Assembly (NCBI GenBank): GCA_002269645.1
Contig: NIVC01004374.1
Span: 1-48,087, forward strand
Origin: Macrostomum lignano
Lineage: Eukaryota
Reading direction: 5' to 3'
Length of the DNA stretch: 48,087 nucleotides
Positions 35,401 to 46,579 of the stretch are shown piece by piece. The notes below the pieces were generated by a model, which saw only the letters and a program-made list of their open reading frames with translations, was not told the DNA's origin and searched no databases. Position 1 is the first letter of the stretch. Each line of letters starts with the position of its first letter. The position numbers and the translations under genes are program-made.

Positions 35401-36521
35401 AATTATTATAATAGCCAACGCCTTTCGACACAAGCAGTCATCTTCAGGGCTTGCACTCATGATTCACAGTTCAGTATACTTAAATAGAGAAAATCAAAAA
35501 CTGTACATGGCAATAGACAAATGGGTTCAGTCCGGTCAATAATTGTACATTAAGAGACGAAATTATAACAAATTATTTGGCCATCACACAGAAAATGCAA
35601 CCACAGAGCAAACAATATTGGCGGGGAGAGAGCCTCAAACCCACACCAAGCCTAGAAAACCTTGAGCTGTAAACTGGCTCCTCCACCTGCAAGCTGAGTA
35701 TTCAAACTAGGTCTATGATGCTTAATGTGCAAGGCTTCCAGCACTCTGAGCTTGCCATCAAATCTACATCTATCCAAAACAGTGAAAAGCTCAGTTGGCT
35801 CATGCTCACAACAAGCATTGCAACTAAGCAAGTGATCATGCACAGCAGAGTTATTCATTCTATGCTCCCTAGCCCTAGTGTACAGGTGCCTTTTGGTTTT
35901 TCCTATGTAGGAAATGCTCTGATCACCAGAGCAACAAAATTGATAGATGACACCAGCAGACAGAGCTCTAGGGGCCTTCGACTTCAACCTGCTAACAAAC
36001 TGGCCAATTTTGGCAGTCTGAAACACAACCATGACCCAAGAGTTGAAATACTTCAAGAAGGTTCTTTTAAGCTTCTTTTCCAGACTCAGGGATGGGACTC
36101 CAAGGAATGGGAGTTTGATCAACAAATCACTGAAATTCGACCTCTTATCTTCGTCAGTCAAACTAGACTCAGTCATTTTCTTAGTCAGAAATCTGTTCAG
36201 CACTTTACCAACAAAACCCCTAGGGAAACCATTATGTTGAAAAATGTCAGTGAGCTTGACGACTTCTTGGTGGAAAGATTGCCAAGTACTACAGATACTA
36301 AATGCTCTGTGCATCATGCACCTGACAAGACCAGCCTTCCATTGGCGCGGGCACAATGCATTAAAGTTGAGCATGAGACCAGTAAACATGGTGATGGCCA
36401 CGTGTGATGTGTGATGTATGATGATGTGTTTCTGTGTGATGGCCAAATAATTTGTTATAATTTTGTCTCTTAATGTACAATTATCGACCAGACTGAACCC
36501 ATTTGTCTATTGCCATGTACA
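35401..36521 (-). mobile_element. 5'-truncated Penelope-like retroelement (RT thumb + GIY-YIG endonuclease) with an inverted terminal copy
   Basis: ORF 36446-35652: FTGLMLNF...HRAFSICS...NGFP (RT C-terminal region), then GVIYQFCC..SYIGKTKRHLYTRAREH...LEALHIKHHRPSLNTQ (GIY-YIG). 93-bp inverted repeats at 35502-35594 and 36429-36521. Confidence 0.9.
35413..35451 (-). ncRNA. Minimal type-I hammerhead-ribozyme-like motif in the Penelope 3' repeat, probably degenerate
   Basis: The - strand reads AGCC-CUGAAGA-U-GAC(ugcuugu)GUC-GAAA-GGCG-UU-GGCU. Core boxes, a 3-bp stem II and a 4-bp stem I are present. Stem III has G where C would be needed to pair. Confidence 0.55.
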
Positions 36522-37264
36522 TGATGGCAAGCTGCATGATGCTCAGGAAGAGGCTGCCCTATACAGATCATCAAGAAAATGTGCTACTAAGGAGATCTAG
36601 CAAGAGAATTGAGACTTTCTGCTGCCCAAAAAAGAGAGGTTGATTCAGCCTACTCTTGAGCAACTGCAACAACAAACTGCAATTTGGGATGAAGAGCATC
36701 CTAAAGCCATTCATCTGACTAAATTAATTGGTGTTTTTTCTCAAGTTTTTTAATCTGGCAGCCTGCACTTTGCAGCAAATAAATCCAACATATACATGTA
36801 GTTGTACACCTACATGTGTATGTAGATGCATGTACATGTGTAATAAACCATGTATACATGCAGTCATAGTTCATGAGGCTAATTGGTGAAAAGTATAACA
36901 TGTTTTTATAACAGCAATATGCTTGTATACACACAAAATATGTACCTTTCCTATTTAATTTCAAAGGAAAGATGATAGCCATTGACCACCAGCCATTCAG
37001 CCTTATTGAACAACAAGGGTTCCAAGAACTTTTACACTTCTTGGCTCCAAACTATTCAATCCCGATTCGTCAACATTTTCTGGAAATTGTTGTATTGGCT
37101 TTGTACAAAGATGTCCACTTGAATATGCGAAATCTTTTGGGCAATAGTGAAACTATTGCTTGCACAAGCGATGAATAGACTTTGATAAAGGGAAAGTGGT
37201 CAATTGTCAGCCTGACTGCCCATCTGATTAATGATCAGTTTAAGCTTTGGAAGGCAGTTTTGTG

Positions 37265-38041
37265 TAGGGGGTGACCCAGTCCCGGGCCAGGGCCTGGGTC
37301 AGGCCACGATTTTGGTTGGGATTCCTGACTTTTTGGGAAACAATTTGACCCTAAAAAAGTCTAGAAATTGGGACAAATGTCCCAATTTCCAGAATTGACA
37401 CTGTTAGAAATTGAAAGAACAAGCTGACACTTACAGCTTGTCAGCTTTAAGTGACAATTCTTTTTTTCCCTAAAGGCACAAACTGCATACAAATAAGAAT
37501 AAAATTATTTTATTCTAAAAATTCTAAAAATTCAAATAAAAGAATCAATTGACTTGGTTCTTACTTCCTTACTACTTCCAATGCCAAGTGCCTTACACTT
37601 AATGCTTCAGCTTTTCTTCTTTTTGCTTACTGCCACTGCCAGTGCTAGCTGCACTACCACAGTGCTTGCTTGCCTACCTCACTGCCTGTCAGTATCACTG
37701 TCACTGGCACATACACACAGTACTTGTGCCATACAGTGACATTGAATTTGAACTATTGAGTATATTGATATTTGAGTATTAAGTCTTGTAATGTAACTCT
37801 TATTCTATTCTTAAGTCTTACCTAATGTATTTAAATAATAATAATATTTACTATATATTTACTATATATTTAATAGTAATCCACATATGCTAAAAGTATT
37901 AAGATTTATTATGATGATTTTTTTCCAATTATTGAACTATCCTAAAGATCTTGTCCCGAATTCCCGAGGCCCAACCCGGGCCTGAGTCATCATTCTTAGG
38001 CCCGACCTGGGCCCAACTTTGGCCATCCTAGTTGCTCCCTA
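37265..38041. mobile_element. 777-bp non-autonomous hAT-type element (MITE)
   Basis: Termini TAGGGGGTGAC / GTTGCTCCCTA (imperfect TIR, 8 of 11 match). Perfect 8-bp TSD GTTTTGTG at 37257-37264 and 38042-38049. Removing it restores the transposase frame. Confidence 0.85.
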
Positions 38042-39503
38042 GTTTTGTGTAATAAGCCTATCTATAGAGCTTCCACTGGAGAAAACATTGCTAGTGCACT
38101 ATAGACCATCATGGTAGAATGGGAAGTGAAAGAACAAGTTGTGGTTGTCATCATGGATAAAGGCTCTTCAGTGTAAAGTGCTATTTGTCAGCTTTAAATG
38201 AGTCTCAATTTTTCAACTATATCTTATTCTAGTTAGTCATCATACATTAGTATAGTATAATGCATGTAATCTTACATAGTATTATCTATATGTGTATATA
38301 AGTTTTGAGCCAACAGACAATAGACTTCTGAGCAAATTGTCTCAAAGTTGCTTTACAATAATAATAATAATATGGAATTAAATAGTATAAATTCCAACAT
38401 TCAATTCCCTACTATGAGTAATAATTTGTAACACTAACTTTGATACCCATAATTATTTTTAAAAGGTGCCTTGTATATCTTGTGTCATTTACAAGCTGCA
38501 AAATTGCATTTTCAAAATTCTTGACAATGCCAATAAGCCCAGAGCATAGCAAACAATGATTTTTATCCCATTGCTACACAATTGTATAGCACTTCTCTAA
38601 GTCACCTAAGGCACACAGTGAATAGAAGAAGTGTTGTGAAGACCTGATGGCCGAAACATCCAAAAGCTCATTTAGGATATATGATTATGAACAAGATAGG
38701 ATTCAGCACTTGACATGCTGGTGTCTTTTCGAGACTAGGTAATTAGAGACCTTTTTTATCTGTCCTTACACTTGTCTACTTTAAGTAATATTAAAGATAT
38801 CTCAGTAATACTAGAAGTTAGCTTTAGATACATAGGTAATTTAAAATGATTGCATGATTTGGTATCAACTTCAAAATCTATTCATTAGGCACAAGTTGTT
38901 CAGCTATACAGCGCCTAGCGTAAAGTGGCTGCTATATTGACCCATTCTAAGTAGGATCTTATCAATCCACTAATTTTTCTGCTGCAACTGATTCAAGATC
39001 TAGGACTTTGGCTCTCTGGAAGAGGACTAGTAAGCATTGTTCTGCCAAAGGTAAATACAAATTAAACTGTTTTATTATATCATTGAACTACTATAGTAAG
39101 ATATGAATTCTGTAAATGTGCATTCATCACATTCCGGTATATATGAAGATGTACATATAAAAATATACACAGACATTAGTTACATATTGTATACATGGAT
39201 GCATATATAGACTATACTCATAGAACATGCATAACATTTTCTCATTTTTCTGATTTAAAAATTTGCAGATCTAGGGTCTCTGCAAGTTTCTAAAGGTGGC
39301 AGCTGACTTGCCAGAGGCTATTGGGAGTCTAGACTCTTGCTAAGATGCTCTCTAAGTCTATCCAACGTCATTTTGCTGATGTTCTAGCAAAAGAAAACAA
39401 GACTTTTGTTGTTTCAACTGTGTTGGATCCCCACTATCATGATCTCGGATTCCAAGGTGATACTAATGCCATTGCTCAGGGCCTCAGCCCTCAGGCTCAT
39501 TAT

Positions 39504-40108
39504 GGGTGCAGCCCATTTCGGCGAAGGAATTTTTGGCGAAAGACGCTTCAGCGAAAGTGAATTTTAAGTTTCAATAGGCCTAGATGTACATTTCGGCGAA
39601 AGAAAGTGACCAGTTTGGCGAAAAGATGGGCTACGTATGTATTGCAAATATACCACTTTGGTGATTGAAGCTTTTAATAAATTGTTCATTGCTGCAAATT
39701 ATTTGCAGTTAGAAAATTTAAAAACTTATGACTTAGCTCATAGCTATGTTATGTACATGCGATCTATCGATATGCAGTCGATAGATTAGGGATGATGACG
39801 GTGTGGTTTTTCAGATTAAATCAGACCAGGCTCCTAAAATCGTACTTTGAAATTCCGCCGTAATGGAAGGGCATCTAATAAAACAACTAAATTAAACTGC
39901 GACAAAACGAAAACATGTTTAGATAAAATTAGTCTTTTTAAAGTTTGTTGTTTTTTTAGCTTACTTCTAAAACAAAAAACTTCTCAGCGAAACTTAGAAA
40001 AATTTTTTTGCCGAAATGGTCAGCTTTCGACAAAATGGTCATTGCAAAAGTATTTTTCGCCGTTATTGACTTTCGTCGAAAATTCTTTCGCCAAAGTAGG
40101 TTGAAACC
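39504..40108. mobile_element. ~605-bp MITE with GG(GT) termini and inverted subterminal motif arrays
   Basis: Direct repeat CTCATTAT at 39496-39503 and 40109-40116. About five TTYRGCGAA-like motifs on the left and inverted copies (TTCGCC, TTTGCCGAA) on the right. Confidence 0.65.
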
Positions 40109-42479
40109 CTCATTATATGGTGTTCTAGGCAATGACTACTATCACTAGTGGCAAAACAGGCAATCTAGACAACAATGAAAAGACTATTGCTGCTACTAGT
40201 GCTCTAAGTGGCTTTATAATGCAGACTGCTATAGAGAAGCACAGCATATATCATCTTGAAGATCTTGATGATTGGTCTTCTGGAGCAATTGGTATATAAA
40301 GCTTGCCTTGGCCAAATTCAATTTGGATGCAACAGCTTTCTGCAGCTGATAAACTTGGTCATTATGTCCTAGAAGCTCACTTGGTCCAACCCGAGGCCGA
40401 GGATGCCAAGACTCAGACAACCAATACTCTGCACTGGTGACTAGTGGTCAATAAACCAATTTAAATACCCACAGCTAGCAAACATCCAGCTGTTGGCCAT
40501 GTCTACCTAGCAATCTGGCAATTGGATAGCAATCAAACCACATTCTTAAATCTGTTATATGGTAGAGCCTATGCTAGAAAAAATGAAGTCCTTCACTATA
40601 AATACAAATTTATGCCAGAAAAACAAATTTACTCATGATCTATATGCTAGACATTCCATACTGACTTTTAAAAAATTACAGCTACAGATAGAAAGGACTT
40701 TTTACAATTTGCTCAAAGCTCAAAGCTTCCTACTCGAGAAATATTTGAGAAAAATTCAATAGAGATGTTCCAATTTTCACATTCAACGATATATTAGATT
40801 GATACTCAAATTGAGTACAATGAAGCTTTGAGTTCGGTTTGAGTTATGATAATTGCTTAGTGTCTGGGTGAAGTCCTGCGTGTCAATTTTCAGCGACAGA
40901 GAGCAAGCAGAAGTACTCGAAATCGAATATCAATCTAATATACACTGTGGAGATAGGGAAGCACCAGTTTTTTGCAAATTGTAAAAAGTCCTTTCGATCT
41001 GTAGCCGTAATTTTTTTCAAGTCGGTTTATCTCGTGGGTGATGTTTTTTCTGTACAAAATCATGGCATTTGGTGTTTTTAAAGCAGAGATTTTGTTATTT
41101 CCGAATATCGATCTTGAATATCGCTCAGGGAATCCCTGCTGCATCGTCTGATTTGACTTTCGTTCTTTGACTACCCAGTTAAAAAACGAGATGGTCTATT
41201 CAGCGATTTTTTTAAGTAGGCCTTTAGGATCGACTTTGCTGAAGATGAAAAAATAAAAACCTTAAAGATTTAAGAGGTTATTTTATTGACATTAATTTCT
41301 CCTATGATTATTTACTCTAAGGTTCATCAACTATTGGTTATTATGATTACTCAAATCGTAAATTTTCCAGCTTTTTTCACAATGTAATTTAATTTTCTTA
41401 ATTTAGGTGGGTTTTCTTGGAGGAAATCATGCTTATAGTAAAAAAATTCATGGCCAGAGAAAACTGCATCCAGCCAGTCACGCAGGATGCGGAGGTTTCG
41501 CTTAAGTGAACGCGTGGAACGCGAACCTGCTGGGTGGACCCGACGCCCCGCATTTGTGTACATTGCGGTTGCCGTAAATACGAGTATGATGGTCTCTGAC
41601 ATCACACCGACGAGATTGGGATGGGTAGGCGCCACACTCACAACTACGTGTAACAAGGAGCGTTAGCTCTATATAATTTTAACTAAATATTGCAATTGTT
41701 AGTTGTTTTGTTTAATGTGAAAAAATAATATTGTAATTTTTATTATTATTTAAGTTATGATTGTTACATGCTAAAACATGTACTGTATCCATTTGACAAG
41801 AGGGGTACATGTATAAAACCTCATACATGTTAGTGTGGCAGTATAGGGTCCTTGACTCGACCATTCGAATTCCCAATAATCATGCTTTTTCCTGAACCGC
41901 ATCGCTCATGATAAATTTTGATGCAGTTAGTCATATCCGATTTGCTTTCAATATTCTTTTCAAAACTTTCAAACTTATATACTCGTACGAGTAGTCGCAG
42001 CAACCGTGGACAAACCTCGGGATCCGCCATGCAGCTCAACTGCGATTATCGGAAACTGATCGATGATGATTGTGAATCCAGCTGCCTTAAGCCCCAACTT
42101 ACATGTACACTACGTGTAGCTTTTTCAAGTAAAATCCATGAACCACGAAGCTACTGTAGCTTAAATGTACACGTCTAGGCGCTCATAGATAATTGATATA
42201 CATCTAAAGATAAACCTTCTAAATTTCAATTCAAAGTTCTACATGTACACGTAAGTGTAACATGTACTGTATACGAAGCATGGTTATCTTTTAAAGCAAT
42301 TTAGTAAAGCCACGAAGACTCAGAAGGATTTGTTTTATAAAACCTTTTAAGTTCCGTGCCATAAATGTGTACGACGTTACGTGACAGTCCGGGGCGTCGT
42401 CCTTTTAATGGTGGGGGAGACAAAACTAAAAGTCTGGAACGAAAATTTTCTCTTTTGGGACTCTGTTGTTGCGTTACAT

Positions 42480-43240
42480 AATTTTATCTCTACAGACACT
42501 CATTTCAGCGCTGCAGTCACTCATTATATCTCTACAGACACTCATTTCAGCGCTGCGCAGCCACTCATTATATCTCTACAGACACTCATTTCAGCGCTGC
42601 AGTCACTCATTATATCTCTACAGACACTCATTTCAGCGCTGCAGTCACTCATTATATCTCTACAGACACTCATTTCAGGGCTGCAGTCACTCATTATATC
42701 TCTACAGACACTCATTTCAGGGCTGCAGTCACTCATTATATCTCTACAGACACTCATTTCAGGGCTGCAGTCACTCATTATATCTCTACAGACACTCATT
42801 TCAGCGCTGCAGTCACTCATTATATCTCTACAGACACTCATTTCAGCGCTGCTGTCACTCATTATATCTCTACAGACACTCATTTCAGCGCTGCAGTCAC
42901 TCATTATATCTCTACAGACACTCATTTCAGCGCTGCAGTCACTCATTATATCTCTACAGACACTCATTTCAGCGCTGCGTCACTCATTATATCTCTACAG
43001 ACACTCATTTCAGCGCTGCAGTCACTCATTATATCTCTACAGACACTCATTTCAGCGCTGCTGTCACTCATTATATCTCTACAGACACTCATTTCAGCGC
43101 TGCAGTCACTCATTTTATCTCTACAGACACTTATTTCAGGGCTGCAGTCACTCATTATATCTCTACAGACACTCATTTCAGCGCTGCAGTCACTCATTAT
43201 ATCTCTACAGACACTCATTTCAGGACTGCAGTCACTCACT
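42480..43240. repeat. 42-bp minisatellite (CAGTCACTCATTATATCTCTACAGACACTCATTTCAGCGCTG), ~18 copies
   Basis: Period visible directly; explains the 14-aa repeat ORFs. Confidence 0.95.
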
Positions 43241-43896
43241 TTAGCGCCGCAGTGCGGGGGGACAAAGTAAAGCAATTTTACTGGGGGAGGGGGGCGACGC
43301 CCCTGAAACGTACGCACTGCAATGATGCATAATTTCGAGTATGTGAGAGAATGTTTAAGTCATCTGCATTCTCATAGGCATTGGAAATCATTTAACTGTC
43401 TAAGCCAATCAGAGGACAGCTAGCTAGACGCTGTCAAACGTGTGCCAGACTATATAATAGCTATAATACATGTAGCTTCTGTATACACAAAATATTGGCA
43501 GAACTTGGCAAATTATACTTCTATATGGAAAAGGCTCGACTTACAGTCAACTAGCTATACTCAACGGAAGAAACATAATTGCATAATATACTGTAAGCTT
43601 CATAATAATTAATTTCCTCCTCGTATTATGCGCATTTATAATCTCGAATATGCAAATTTTAATCAATGATTTAATATAATAAGATTCTCATGCAGCCTTG
43701 ACGCCTAGACACCCAGGTTTTCGTAGTTTATAGGGCTAGAGTTGAAAAGCACATATTGAAGCATAATTAAACCTTTTTAAGCCGAAATGACGACAAATTT
43801 AAGCAGAAGAGCCAGCTCGCGTTCTCGTTGCAGCTTTTCTCGCCCGAGATTCGCGATCGAGTTTAGCGCCGGTTAATACAAGTATACTATCGAATA

Positions 43897-44741
43897 ATGT
43901 ACGCCATGGTGATGTCGCCACCGTCGGCGCCAGCGGCGCCACAACCGTCAGCGCCCAGCACAATAGACGTGGCGCTGCACAGATCGCCTGACCAGCGCTG
44001 GGGATTCCGGCTGCAGGGCGGAGCCGACTACAGGACCCAGCTGACCGTGATGCGGGCGAGTCTCACAATTCCTGTTCTTGCCCAACTCATGTCCTGCTAG
44101 CGACCGGCGCATAGCAACAATCAGGCTGTAGCCATGCAACCAAACCATAGCAATAATTGGGCCGTAGTCATAGCAACCAAGCCATAGCAACAATCAGGCC
44201 GTAGCCATAGCAACAACAAGGCCGTAGCCATAGCAACAACAAGGCCGTAGCCATAGCAACAACAAGGCCGTAGCCATAGCAACAACCAAGCCGTAGTCAT
44301 AGCAACAATCAGGCCGTAGCCATAGCAACCAAGCCATAGAAGCAACCAGGCCGTAGCCATAGCAACAAATCCATAGCAACAATCAGGCCGTAGACATAGC
44401 AACAACCAGGCCCTAGCCATAGCAACCAAGCCATAGCAACAACCAGGCCGTAGCCATAGCAACCAAGCCATAGCAACAACCAAACCGTAGCCATAGCAAC
44501 CAAGCCATAGCAACAATCAGCTGTAGTCATAGCAATCAGCATACAGCTATAACACCATTACAACACCAGCTAAATAACCCAACCCCACTCAGGTGGAGCC
44601 GAACTCGCCGGCCCAAGGGAAACTTCGCGTTGGCGACGCGATCCAGACGGTGAACGGGAAAAAATCCCGCCAGCTGAGCCACGCCCAGGCCTCCGAGGTT
44701 ATCAAGGAGTCGGGAAACTCGCTAAAGCTCACCATTGTCAG
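43897..44741 (+). CDS. PDZ-LIM / ZASP (ALP/Enigma) family gene, first two exons encoding the N-terminal PDZ domain
   Basis: Exon 43897-44055 (RWGFRLQGGADYRTQLTVMR) plus exon 44593-44741 (VEPNSPAQGKLRVGDAIQTVNG...LKLTIVR) form a complete PDZ domain. WGFRLQGG is the ALP/Enigma signature. The donor is GC. Downstream exons are uncertain. Confidence 0.85.
44108..44540. repeat. Irregular ~23-bp minisatellite (GGCCGTAGCCATAGCAACAACAA) containing X-box motifs
   Basis: Fills intron 1 of the PDZ gene. Confidence 0.92.
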
Positions 44742-44929
44742 GTGTGGTTGCGGATGGGGGAGGCAAAAAAAATAATGAGAAAGGGAGTGATGGAGGGGAT
44801 GATTGGGCTTGAGAGGGTGCAGAGGAGAGAAAGGTGAGGAAAAAATGCAAGGATCACATTTGAAAATCGACTCCAAAAATGTTTTTACGAATCACGAGTG
44901 TTCTGATATACTGCTAGTGGTCTTTGGAG

Positions 44930-45270
44930 AAGTGAAGGAGAGATGAGGGAGAGGTGAAGGTGGGGGATGAGGGAGAGTTGAGGGAGAGGTGAAGGTGGGG
45001 GTTGAGGGAGAGATAAGGAGAGGTGAAGGTGGGGATGAGGGAGAAGTGAGGGAGAGGTGAAGGTGGGGGATGAGGGAGAGATAAGGGAGAGGTGAAGGTG
45101 GGGGATGAGGGAGAAGTGAGGGAGAGGTGAAGGTGGGGGATGAGGGAGAGATAAGGGAGAGGTGAAGGTGGGGGATGAGGGAGAAGTGAGGGAGAGGTGA
45201 AGGTGAGGAGATGAGGGAGAAGTGAAGGTGAGGGGATGAGGGAGAAGTGAGGGAGAGGTGAGGGAGAGAC
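44930..45270. repeat. Purine-rich repeat (GGGAGAGGTGAAGGTGGGGGATGA...)
   Basis: Almost pure G/A on +, with a ~31/62-bp period. Confidence 0.88.
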
Positions 45271-45859
45271 AAAGAGTCTCAGCCAGATGCTAATAGGGGT
45301 TAATTAACCGAAAGAGAGAGAGAGCACTTTAACACAGAGAGTCAGAAAGCCACGGGTTAAGCAGAGGCTGCAGCAGGGCGACCAGTAGCAGCAGAAGACC
45401 ATAATATTGGCCATAAATGCCTGTGAAAGCTCGTAAGAAGCAAAATCAGCAGCAGAGGTAGAACATACTGAAAAAAGCTTTCACCAGCAGAAGTGGTCGT
45501 GAAGGAACGAGCGCAAGTCGATGCCAGACGGCTTTTGGCTAGAAACAAAGGACGCCAATAATTTGCTAAAAGTGGCAAGTAGGAGAAATTAAAAACTTTC
45601 CCAACCCTTCCGCGGCCCGGCACGGTGGCACTGCGCAGAAAGCCGGCATCCCAGCAGCCCTAGTGCGGCATCATCGATGCGGGCAAGGAGCACTTAAAAT
45701 AGCTACCTGGAGTGGACGCCAACAATTGTATCATTTTATCATTATCAGTTACATTTCAACGCTGATTAAGATAACCGAGGGTTGTCCAAAAAGTTGTGAT
45801 ACTTTTGCCATTATAGATTTTCACTACGTGCCTGGAACTCAAAATAATGATAATATTAA

Positions 45860-46041
45860 TTGATTACACCTGCCCTTAATTACCCCAGCTAATGCACCCA
45901 TTTTACAGCTGGTCAGACTGAAAGCAATGCAGAGTTAATTAAGTGTCTTGCTCAAGGACACAAATTGTTCCGAGTATAAGGGTGAAGATTCGAAACCCTG
46001 CACTTATCAGTAGTGAGTCCGACGACCGCTAGGCTACAACC
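45860..46041 (-). mobile_element. tRNA-derived CORE-type (MIR-like) SINE
   Basis: The - strand has A box TAGCCTAGCGG and B box GGTTTCGAATC, followed by TGTGTCCTTGAGCAAGACACTTAA...CTGTAAAATGGG, which resembles the CORE domain (TGACCTTGGGCAAGTCACTTAA...CTGTAAAATGGG). Confidence 0.7.
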
Positions 46042-46579
46042 CACTTGTAACACGTGGATAGAAAATATATAAGTACGCTGTCCAGATACCGTATATAGAA
46101 CTCCATGCCAAGCTCTGCCCGCAGTAAATGGCGCATGCGCACACGAATCGAGTGTGCTGCACGGCTCCCAAAATGTGGCCGCCCAGAGAATGGACCCGGC
46201 AGGCGCTGAGGAGCGACGTGTTTTTGTTGCAGTTTTTCGCACATCAGACCGCCTGTTCGCTGATGATGCATGCGACACACTGCGGGTCAGTCAGTCGGCT
46301 CTTTTGCTAAAAACGACCTTTGAGGAAGAAAAATGACAATCGTGCTACGCCGCTACCTTACAGATGCAGAGTTTTGGCGATGCACTTTTGTTTTGTCACT
46401 AAAGTTTTCTTGGGGTTCCCTTTCTTAAAATTGTCCGTCTTGTCTTCTGTTGACAGCAGTCAGAGAACTTAAGCCATGTTGGTGCAGAATTCTTTTAAAA
46501 ATTAAAGAAAACTTTAACATATGATTTTCAAGGATCCGCTTTTATGTTGCGGACTTCATATTCTCAACTCGTAATCTGA

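Larger units (their letters stand above)
36600..40520 (+). pseudogene. Decayed hAT (ZBED1/4-like) transposase, intron-containing and interrupted by two MITEs
   Basis: Collinear fragments: QPTLEQ...HPKAIHLTKLIG|KMIAIDHQPFSLIEQQGFQELLHFLAPNYSIP; CTSDE*; IVSLTAHLIND; STGENIASAL*TIMVEWEV..VVVIMDKGSS; VVSTVLDPHY; NTLHW*...YPQLA (dimerisation-domain-like). Several in-frame stops. Confidence 0.8.

Noticed and set aside
38634-38661. Second hammerhead-like string (GTGAAGACCTGATGGCCGAAACATC)
   Set aside because: C3 is missing, stems I and II are not convincing, and there is no adjacent PLE sequence.
41880-41905. Walker-A-like CGSGKS in ORF 41830-42039
   Set aside because: It lacks the preceding hydrophobic strand and proper GxxxxGK spacing, and the ORF is short and isolated.
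45340-45720. ORFs at 45357-45623 and nearby as further PDZ-LIM exons
   Set aside because: No ZM or LIM motifs and no phase-compatible splice sites were identified.
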